Shown: positions 24,155 through 34,800 of the stretch, in pieces
Numbering within the stretch: position 1 is the first letter of the stretch
How the letters are laid out: each line of letters starts with the position of its first letter
Assembly (NCBI GenBank): GCA_030295235.1
Contig: AP026144.1
Location: 310,001 to 374,000, forward strand
Reading direction: 5' to 3'
Source: Fistulifera solaris
Lineage: Eukaryota
Length of the DNA stretch: 64,000 bases
The notes under the pieces: generated by a model
Seen by the model: only the letters and a program-made list of their open reading frames with translations
What the model was told of the DNA's origin: nothing
Database searches by the model: none
Made by a program: the position numbers and the translations under genes

Positions 24155-26564
24155 ATGGCCAAGTTTTCACTTGCACTGGCTTTCTTGCTGGCCAGTGGTC
24201 CAGCAGCTGCGAAGCCGGCTTTCCCCGCCAGTTTAGTCCAAGATGCTAGAAAGACTATTGCCTTGAACCCAAAGTTGCGCGCCGAAGAGAAGAAGCGCCA
24301 ACTTGCGCTTTCTGATAAGATTCGTTCCTTAGCGAAGCCCCGTATTCTGCAAAATGGTTACAACAATTACAACTACAACAATTTCTACAGCTACGAACAG
24401 AATGCCGATGGCTATGCGAACGACTTCGACATGTGGTCGAACGAATACAATTGGAATAATGAGATGGAAGAATCAGAATTTGGATTTCAGATTTCAAACT
24501 ATGCTATCAAGTTCACTCAATGTGCGACGGTTGAGACTTTCAGCGATGAGCTTGCCGATGACGAGTTTTCCGACACCGTTCTCGCCGCTCAACGCTTCGC
24601 GATCTTTCGACTTTGCCCCAAGGACCAGTGCTCCAGTTACTCTACAAACGGCTGCACAAGTAACTACGGAGAGTACATTGTGGCGATGGACCAGTATCTT
24701 GCTGCGATTCTAGACCAAGAAGAGGCCCGTGTTGTGAATTACTGCACGTATTGTCAATCTTGCGCAGACCTCCAGGCCTACAAGGCCTTTTGGGCGGAAG
24801 TTGACTACCGCCGCCAAGCTGCTCTTGCACAAGCGCAAGCAAACTACGAGTATTGGTACCAAACGTACATCACGAACGGTCAGCAGCAGAACCAATATCA
24901 AAACATGTACAATGGAAACCAAAATAGCAACAACGGCAACAACGCGAATAACGCGAATAACGGAAACAACAACCAAGACGTGAACATCGCTCAGCGTTAT
25001 TATCAGTACATCCGAAACAAATCTAACTATGCCAACAACTACTACCAGAACAACTACGGAGCTAATGGTGGATACTCGAATCAAAACCAAATCCAGTATA
25101 AGTGGACCAATGAGGACTTTTGGATGATGCAGAACAACTATCAGAATTCCTACCAGGAGATGCAGAACTGGCAGGTGGTAGGAAGTGCAACGAACACCCG
25201 CTTTTACGGAAAACCGGTGTACAACGGATACTTTGATGGCAACGGAGACTTCATCCAAGCTTACGGATATTTCAATGATCGGGGAACCTACACCTCTCTA
25301 GAAGCTGAACTTGACAATACTCAATGGGACGCATCGCTATGGGGAGAGTTTCCATCCACTTGGCAAAACGTCGATCTTCAATCCGAGGACTGCAGTGGTG
25401 AATACGCCTCATCGTGCTCTAACCAGTACGACGCGTGCATGGTCATCCTCCAAGACGGTGATTACATGGGATACCAACAAAGTATGCACGGATATGGTTC
25501 GTACTCGGAGAACATGCGTGGCAGCAACGGTCAAACGACATATTCCTTGAAAGATTTCGTGGCTTGTACAGAGATTGAAATGTTCCAAGACGGTAACGAC
25601 TACGCGAACCAGCAGTATTACGAGCAGCAGTACATGAACAAGCAGCAGTATTTCGAGGAGCAATACAACTGTTACGACGGCGATGAGAATTGTGCTCAAA
25701 AACGAGAATACGCTATGAACCAATACAACTACGAGATGCAGCAGTACATGAACCGGCAATATTTCATCGGACCACACTGCTCTGGCGATGGTCGAACTAT
25801 TACTTTGGCCGTTTACAAGGATCAGTACTGCTCCGTCTTAGATTCTGACACCACCGTCAAGGAGTTGATTGGCTACGACCCTGTCCAACAAGTCGAGCTT
25901 GTTCCTGAGGAGTGCATCTCTTGCGGTGTAAATGCGAACGTAAGTACTCACCAAACTTTACATCTTCGCTTCTATTACTTCTATTCTCACCACTTTTAAT
26001 TCTTTCATCGTAACAGAACATGGAAAGCTTCCAATGGTACGAGAACGAAGACCCCGAAGCGTTCCAGGTTGAACCGATGTGCTCCATGCTTTACCAGCTT
26101 TCCGGTAAATGTAACAAGCAACTTACTCTCCCCACTACGAGTGCGAATCAGTATCAGGAAGCACAAGATTGGGAGCAGATTTACCAATCGCAGCAACAGG
26201 AGAAGAACGAGGAAGCTGTCTGCGCTTTTGTCGAGTCCTTGAAGTCGAAGTCGTACAACGAATACGGGCAGGTTATCTTTGGGGGCAGCTCGTGGACCGC
26301 GCAGTGGTCTTCTGAGCTCAAAGCGGAATCCAGTATGCTTTCCGGCGGAAAGAAGTTAGCCATTACCATTCTTTCCTTCGGTGTTGCCGTCATGGCTGTC
26401 TGGGCGTGCTTTTTGCATAGCACTCTTGCTCGCAAAATATCCCTTGGCGTCCACGACGCAAGCCCGGTGACTTCAACCTCGATCCGACGCACATTGCTCG
26501 TCAGAACTCGGGCATTGTCTTGGGGCGTTCTCGCAGCGGTCCTGGAAGTGCACCTTTTCTTTAA
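24155..26564 (+). CDS. Silicanin-like type I membrane protein B (intron 25940-26016; frameshift near 26436)
   Basis: Signal peptide and RIL motif. YAIKFTQC..ETFSDELADDE..TVLAAQRFAIFRLCP..C..GC..NYGEY, then FIGPHC.GDG, CISC and a TM segment. Corrected tail RKNIPWRPRR...RQNSGIVLGRSRSGPGSAPFL*. Confidence 0.85.
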
Positions 26565-26698
26565 TTGTACATTTCAGTTCTGGAGCGGGACGTTTTGATA
26601 AGGTTTTGGTGGAGAACCGTTCGTGAGTGTTGTGCCTCACTTTTAAACTATACTTGTAATTAAATTGAATGAAGGAATAAAAAGGAACTTCTATTTGT

Positions 26699-27873
26699 CT
26701 ATTTATCAGAACTCTCTTGTAAACAGACTAAGTCTGCGGCCATTAAAATATGGTCACTCGGTTCCGACAACTCTAAATTAGGGAAGGGACCTCCCGCTTG
26801 CTCGCGGTCCACAAACGGAGTCAAATTTTCCACTTTCCATTGACCTCGTGACAAGAAGATGTAATCAAGAGTATCAATAAAAGGATCGTCTTCTTTGACT
26901 CGTGCATAGTTGGTAAAGTCGGGTTCTTTGGAGAGATAGGCTACACTGGCGCTATCCATCGGCTGACAACTGGGGGTCCATTCTACGCCGTTTTTCGAAA
27001 CCGGAAAACACGGATCAGCATTATTCAGTTGTCCGGAAGTTAAGAACTTATAAGATGAGTCCGCTGGTTTAATATTGAAATCGCCAGCAATGATACAGGG
27101 CACATTGTGGCGTGTTGCTAACTCTTGTACGTGCCGAAAGCACATCTGATAAGAGCAATGATTTATGAGATACAAAAACCTGCAAAGATAGCTTTGACTG
27201 TGCTAAAACAACGTACATCCGCATGTATTGTCATGACTTGAGGGGCAAAGTAAGCACACGGCATATGGTATGTTCCGATGCAGAACGCTGTCCCCGACGT
27301 TCGATCCTTCAACGTGACACTCGCCATGACATTCATACGCTGCTCCGCATAATCCCAGGGGTCTTTTTTCTTCCTTCTTCCCCAAGAGTTTGAATGGAAA
27401 CGCAACGGCGGTTTCGAGAATATTCGACCAGAACGTTTTTTCGTCCCTCGGTGGCCAATTTCGCGTATCGCTTAGTCGGGAAATATCGACATCGATCGTT
27501 TCAAACTCTTCGGTTGGCCACGCTAAAGCGACTCCCATATAGCCATTGAATTTCCTTCCGTAGAGTCCGGTGACCATGTGGAATCCCCTGTTGAAAGTTT
27601 GTAACGAATGAGACATCGAATGTCGTTTGCGAGGAGGAGAGCTGTCTTCGTACCTTTGCGCGAAAAAAGTGTGAAATGTACCAGCCCAATCATAAGATAC
27701 TTCTTGAAGGCAGAAAACAGATCGTTTCTCTTCCTTGAGTTGACTTTCCAGCTTCTGTAGTACGATTGGTAGCGCCTCAACGGATCCAAATGATCCGGAT
27801 TTAAGGTAGTGTAATGATTTGGTGAGGACAAATGGGACGACAGAACATTGTAAGTCACGACGCGAAGCTTCAT
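26699..27873 (-). CDS. CCR4/nocturnin-like EEP-family phosphoesterase (introns 27653-27588, 27216-27146; frameshifts)
   Basis: Motifs LRVVTYNVL, FCLQEV, TYHMPC, IIAGDFN, FTNY, TLDYIF and PSDH. Confidence 0.88.
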
Positions 27874-28484
27874 TATCGAATAATCTATTTTTCTGGAGTA
27901 CGAAATAGCGCGAGCTTAATAATGAGAAGACGGTAATAAAGAGAAGAGCAAGTATTTTGGTCAAATGAATGTATCATCAAAAAAAAATAACGCAAGCATC
28001 ACAACAACAAAAAAATGGTGCTCACTGCTCACTTTCACATTGGGGAACAGGGAAATGCCTTACCGGTAATACCTATCCCTAAAAGACCCACCAAACCTGT
28101 CATAATACAATGACAAATCACGAGTCACGACTACCCGCCACTCTTTGCTGCAGTTTCAAGGCTTTTTCTATAAATGGGTCAAGACACTTGACACACAAAC
28201 AACCTACATGACAAAATTCACACCATAGAACAGTTTATTATGAAGTACACCAAAGCTTGAAACGCAACTGAATTTTTTTACTAGAGATCGGACTCTTCAC
28301 TATCTTGAAGCGATTAATGTTATAAGCGACGATTGACACCATGAAAACAGTGGACTGTGCACTGTTGATCGTGTACTGTGCGCCACACGCACTTTTACGT
28401 CTTCTAACCAAAAGATCAATAACGTGTGAAAAAAAGCGCCACCTCTATTCTATTCTCTCCTTTCGATCTGTTCGAATCTTAACC

Positions 28485-29274
28485 ATGGTGATTATATCGC
28501 CTAATACTAGAAATAATGCGAACGCCATGTGTAGTAGCGAAACAATCGATTTCGATTGCGAAAAAGTGATTCTTGTGTTTGCACCCGTCGCGAATCGGGA
28601 TGTCGGCCCACCCAAAGCAGTAAGAGGCATGGTGCGCTTTCGACCGAATGAAGCGGACATTGTTGGAACCGTACCCTTACGAAAGGACATTACGGAAGAC
28701 GAAAAGCGACAAATATGGTGGACGGCTGCGGAGTACCAGGGAATTCGATTGGGAGCCAAGTTTATTACCAAGGACCTGCGCAAGCGAGAAAAAGTCCCTC
28801 GTACGGGGAATTGAGGAAGCGTATGCTCGAGCGCTGCATTTAGCGTGTACTCTATCCGATGGCGAGTACGAGTTACTCATGAAGAACTGTGCATCGCAAG
28901 CGCTTTGCATGAAATCATGGTGTGCTCGAGATTTGTCGGCGAGAGGCCTGGAATGTTATACATCCCACAAACATCGATACGAACGAGCGGAATTCGCCGA
29001 AGAGACCCGCGTCGCTGTTCTGAAATTAGCAAGAACCAAAACAGCTACCGAAGATCAACTTTCCGTCTTTTATAAAGAGTATGCCCGTTCTGCGGCTATT
29101 TTTGCTCGATTCTGTGGCGAAATCGATTCTCATGTAAGCCCGAATGATCCGCCCGATACTCACCGGAAACAGTGTCCTGCCGGCCCTTTGAGTACCCAAG
29201 AATCACTGGAACATGTTCTCAAAAAACCCTCGCAAGGAAGGTTGATGGTCCAGCAATTAACTCAACGAAGTTAA
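28485..29274 (+). CDS. Hypothetical diatom-type protein, VRF...WW...RGLE family (frameshift near 28790)
   Basis: VRF...ITEDEKRQIWWTAAEY and ARGLE...FARFCGEID. The same motifs occur in 42143-42892. Confidence 0.65.
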
Positions 29275-29747
29275 ACTAAATCGGCGAGCAGGGAGACTTA
29301 GAGCGCGCTCACTGCATAGCGCTCTTCATTTCAGACTTATTCAAGGTTTGAATGTAAGCTCTTCCACAAGTCTCTCCGATCATTTTTATTACCAACATCT
29401 TATCAAATCGGTAAAAGCCACAGCTATCATCTTACAATCACAAGGAAACGTCGATCAACATTCTAATCACCCTGAGTAGAATGATCTTTTTAAGAATCTA
29501 TTGATTAGGAATTGTTTACATTGAAATGGGTTTACTTGAGTGCTTGGTGACCTCCTTCAATTCAAAGTGTTCTTTACCGGGCAAATTAGGTACATGCCAT
29601 CGATCTCGCAAGGGCCTGAAAGCGTTCAAATACGCTCAAACGAATGTATGCGAAATAAAACAGACTCTTAGAGTATTATTACTTTTCGTTTGCTATTAAC
29701 GAGTCCCTAGAAAGATCATAATATATGGAAAAGATTGGCCCACTTGA

Positions 29748-30953
29748 CTACATGGCATCCGCATTCGCCGCAGCTTCTTCTTCTTCCTGCTGCTTCATGA
29801 CCGACGCCGCATACTGATCGGAAACCTTGCACTGCACACCGACAAAGTTGGTGACATTGCCAGATCCATCGCGAAGAGCCGCGATAAAGAACTGATTCCA
29901 GAAGGTGGTTCCGTCGGCACGGTAGTTGAGCAAGCACACGGACATGTCGTTGCCCTGCTCGATCGCCTTGCGGATACGCTCGACGTGCTTGGGGTCGGTT
30001 TCCGGACCTTGCAAGAAACGACAGTTTCGTCCCAAAATCTGGTCCAACGAGTAGCCGGTCAAGTTCAAAAAGCCTTGACTGGCATACACGATTGGGTTGT
30101 CCGGGAGAGACGGGTCGGTAACCACAAAGTTCTGCTGGGCCGTTTGAAGAGCTTTAATGAAGGAGAAGTCCGGATCGTCCAACACCTTGTTGGCGATACC
30201 TTGGGAACTCGCCAAAAGACCGTCGATGCTCGGTCCGTTGTCTTTCTCGTTCAGCAACTGTTGGGCCTTGTCGGGTCCCAAGTGAGAACGAATCGACTGG
30301 CGAAGTTTCTCATTCTCTTCCTTGAGAAGAGCCACCGACTGCTGAAGCGACTCGAGCAAGAACTTTTGCGGATACGAGAGCGCTTGGCATGCTCACGATT
30401 GCGTTCACTGAAAAAGAAAAAGAAAGAAAAGTGTGAGTCAAGGACAGTTCATCAAATAACAGCAGCGAACACTTGATTTCTTTCGTACCGTCTCTCGGAC
30501 TTCTGCTGCTCACTCATTTTGCGATCCGAAGACTTCTTTTTCTTCGGGACCGCGTATTGCAACTGGTGACTCGCTTGCGGATTGTGGTGGAACGGAATGG
30601 CCGCCGTTGTGCCTCCGGTACCACGTCCCATGGTCAGCGCCGGTTTGCCCTGTTCTACCAACTGCGTAGTAGCAATACCGCCCGCGTTTTGCACCGCTTC
30701 CGCAGTGCCATCATCACGAAGACGAGTTGCGTGAGTGGCGACGCGATCTCCCCTCACCGGAGTTCAAAATACCCCCCTCGACAGTCTCTTCTGAGGCGAA
30801 GACGGTGTCACCATCGGGCGTAAACATAACGTCTCCGAAGATATCATCGAGGTTGAGAGCGACCGCGTTGCCGCGAGGTAACGAACGACTCGGTGCGCTG
30901 TTTCCTCCTCCAACAGAGGTGAAGAGAGGCGGGGCAACATTAGCATCCGTCAT
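29748..30953 (-). CDS. AUREO1a: Aureochrome 1a, bZIP-LOV blue-light transcription factor (intron 30488-30408; apparent frameshifts near 30750 and 30363)
   Basis: bZIP: MSEQQKSERRERNREHAKRSRIRKKFLLESLQ. LOV: FSFIKALQTAQQNFVVTDPSLPDNPIVYASQGF...GRNCRFLQGPETD...FWNQFFIAALRD. Confidence 0.95.
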
Positions 30954-31549
30954 CTTGGCAATAAGAGAGCGAAAAAGAAAGAGGAATGTATTCTTTCAGT
31001 GAGAAAGAAAGGATCCGCAGGTTTTGGAAGGGTGTCAACAGCACGGGTACGTGAAAAACACGGAAGTGACCCTTTCGACCGCGTAGAATGACTCGATAAG
31101 GGAGCCGGTCATAGTCATTCGAAGAGAGAACGCTGAAGAAACCGAAAAGATCCGCTGTCTTCAAGCTGTGGTTGGGGTTGCTCGTTGCTCCAGCTGCTAG
31201 CTGCTGCGCTGCGCTGCATGCTGCTGTTGTGCGCGGCGCGGTCTGTTCGACGTTCGATTTCGACGAACAGCGAGCAGCGTCTGGAAAATGCCCGATCCAG
31301 TTGTTCTGTGTTCCACAATCATTCGTTGCGATTTTTATAGAACTGCATGAAAACGCGATGTCTGCTGAGTATGGTACATATTGTATATTGTTGTCTCATC
31401 ATATGCAAACGAATAACGAATACACAATGTATATAGCCCCTCAAGCCTGATAATTAGACTTCACGATATTTTATTCAAGCCACTGTTTTTTAATGTTGAA
31501 TGTTTAATGGACCCGTTTATGCAATAGGACATCACGGTGATAGTCATAG

Positions 31550-31788
31550 CAAGTTTCCCTTGTCGTTAGGGCTTTACTTACGAGGATAAAGATATCTGAG
31601 AAAGATAAGAATGCAATAGATGCTAAAGCTCGTAAGGTCGTAAAAAACGTCTTAGAGTAATTGTGCGTTAAAGGCTAGCAGCAAGGTGTTGAAGAGGAAA
31701 CCCCGAAGGGACGAAAACCTCTCGGACGTGGTGAGGGAATATGCCGTACCACGACAGACATACCCGAATAGACCGCATATTTTACTTG
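31550..31788 (-). repeat. 3' LTR (239 bp)
   Basis: Identical to 37987-38224 except for one extra C in a C-run. Preceded in element sense by the purine tract GAGGGGAC (31796-31789). Confidence 0.95.
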
Positions 31789-31895
31789 GTCCCCTCAAAT
31801 CGTTCATCATCCCGTGTTGGACGATTTGTTATTCACCTCACGCCAGTTATCGTTAATAGTACGCAATATCTCCGAAGAGAGTATCACGCGTATAC

Positions 31896-34800
31896 TTACT
31901 TAATCGCCGTAAACGTGTCGGCTAGATTCTTGTGCGTAGGAATCCATATGACTTCGATGATCCCAGCCGCCACATGCCATCGTGTTAGGTGGTAAGCGAC
32001 TGAGTTGTGCTTCTTAGATAGCGTCGATGAAAACTGGGAAGAGTTCAATACCACCGAGTTGTTGTCGCAAAAGATCTTACTCGGCTCATCGTCTAACGGT
32101 ACCCCCATCATCCGTAACTTATATCGTAAACCAACAATCATCTCGATGCATGTCTTCATAGCAATAAATTCACTCGCGAATGCACTGGACTCAACTGTCG
32201 ACTGTTTCTTACTAAACCACATCGTCAACGCTCGGTTGACGAAGATCTGAATTCCAGTGTGCGACTGCCGTGTAACCTGATTACGCGCATGCGATGCATC
32301 GACATATGCAGATATGACCACAGACTTACCCCGTGGCTTCGGCATTCGTGGCGGCAACTCTTCCTTTGGCGTCTCTATAATGTTCTTTGAAGTCATCCGC
32401 CTGCCTCGTCATCTGCATTAATTCGAATTTCGGCAACTCCGGTGACATGTAGAGAGAGAACCAGTTCTTTTTTAATAAACGCGAAGATACGATAGACCTC
32501 CTGTAAATGATTCCACCTCGGCATCGCTTGAAAGGATGACAATAGTGAGACCTCGAGCAATATATCGATTCGCCCCAAGTTCCGTTGCCCATCGCGAAGA
32601 TGCCGATCAACTCTTGGAAGTGAGTGATCTCCTCTTCATCAAGCAAACGTGAGTCGTCGAGTTCAAACACAATATTACTGTTTGTCGGGTGTACTTAGCG
32701 CATTTGGTAGTTTCAATTTCTTTTCGTCCAATTGTCTTTCCAAATTTTCAACCGCCGCTTTTAAATATTCGTCGCTCGTCACAGACCATCGGGGGAACGC
32801 CGTCCAATGTGCGTTGTTTTAATGTCGCCCGAGGTACATATCTGGTTCCTTTATCTCATCGTTCTTAAACTGGAAGCTCTGACCCAATTCCTTTAACACC
32901 TTAACCGGGTCATCACTGATGCACATAATGTCGTCAACATAGCAAAGAATATATTCGTAGTATTCATCGCCATTGCCTTTCACTGCTGGTCGCATCCAAA
33001 CGTCGGGGTCCACCACACAAGGCGCGAATCCCATCTCTTCCAACTTCGTAGCGAGGTAGGCACGGAAGGAAGCCCCTGCACCACGCAAGCCATAAAGCGC
33101 CCGAACCACCAGCATCCAGAGTCCCTCTTCACTTCCAAACTCCGGACCGGCCTTTATGTAAACTTTCTCTCGGTTCGCGCGTGAGATACGCGTTTTGAAT
33201 ATCAACACACATCACTTTAATTCCATTAAGAGCCGCGAAGTAATAAACAAATGCGAACAGAGTCGCGAGACACAACAGAACTGTACGAAATCGTTGGCGG
33301 TGTCTCTACCTTGTGGCCATCGGCAACAAATCGCGCTTTTCGCCGGAAGCCTTCAGCTCAATTTGACATCGAAGATAATATGACAAGTGATCTGTTCGTA
33401 GCCAATGAGGTCTTCTAATCGCCCGTTGTAGACTTCGAACGCCCACGCCGCGTTTTTCATCTCTTTCCGTATCGCATCGTACCAGTAAGTATTGCCATTT
33501 TCTTTGTCAAGTTGCAACGCCTCTTTCATCGTCTTAGGAATTCGGATGCCGTACTTGTGAGTTCGTTCCCAATACTTTGTTTTGAGCTTTGATAAGATTC
33601 GGTCCCTCTTCTTTAACACATGCTTGTACCAATATGCAAATGCCGGCATCTCCTGCAACTCATGCTTCACTGCATATTCAGCCAGCTCGACCGGATCATT
33701 ATTCTTTAAATCTTTCAATGCTATCCAATCTGAAGAGCCGTCCTTCCATTGCACCAGTATTTCCCACCCTTTTGTCGTGATAATACGTCGTCGAGTTTCC
33801 GTCCCCGTCGTTATCCACCCTTTCTCTTTCGGGGTACCGCTTCGTCGGTCGTTCGGTGGTCGAGGATTTCGTCTAACTCACGGCTGCCATAGCCGTTATC
33901 ATCGACCTGGGATAAAATATTTTGTGCAATGGTGTTAGCAGTAAACGCCACTAGCGCCGTCAATGTACTCTACCACGTATTGGCTGGTATCGAGGGAGTG
34001 GGTTATCGTCCGGTGTCCCAAGCGGTTTGCCGTCTTCATCGGTTGCCCTTTTGACCACTCTTGCTGCTACCAATTTGCCGTCAGCGGTTTCGTTTTAAGC
34101 TAAGTCTCATATCAACATATGAGTCGTCGTTTGGTCCCATCAAATCGTCGGATCCGTGCGGCACAGCTGGTCGTCAATCACTCGTTGGAACTCGTCGAGA
34201 AAGGCTTGACTTTCCCATTCCAGCACTCCCAAACACAAGTCGTCCGGGTATGTCGTTCGGTACCTCGAGTGGCGTTTCGTCGCCAAGCCGTTCCTTCAGC
34301 TTGCATTCATAGTCGGCCATCCGTGTCTTCCACTCGTCCGTCTGCATCTCGAGCCGCGTTAACCGTTGGACTGTTGTGACTGAAATAGGGATGCCAGACT
34401 CCGGTAGGACCCAATATGCCATTAAGTTACCAACACGGTGTGAGACCCCTAGCCAGCGCCCCAGACTGTTTTCACCCAGTCCGGGCGTTGCTGCGATAAA
34501 CAACATAATCATAGAAGCCGAAGTCAGTATACTCACTGATGTCGGGCGTCTCGCCCGTGAGACATTCCAACGGGCGTCCGCCCATCGGAATACTTCGATG
34601 AGTTCACAGTTAGATTGCCGATCTCTGACACCCACTTAAGGCCGTAGTCCCAAAGCCGTCGTGGCACATTACGCTTATGCATGGCTCGGTAAAGTTTCAT
34701 CTTTAGCTGTCCGATTCCCTGCTCCACCGGGTTCTGGTTCGGTCGATCCTTTTCTGTTACGTGGGATAGGATATCATAGCGTCGCATCATTTGCTGAAAA

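Noticed and set aside
31688..31725. Hammerhead ribozyme in the LTR (TTGAAGA...GAAA)
   Set aside because: The core is not CUGANGA and stems II/III do not form properly. It is better read as a simple hairpin with a C(UUCG)G loop on the element strand.
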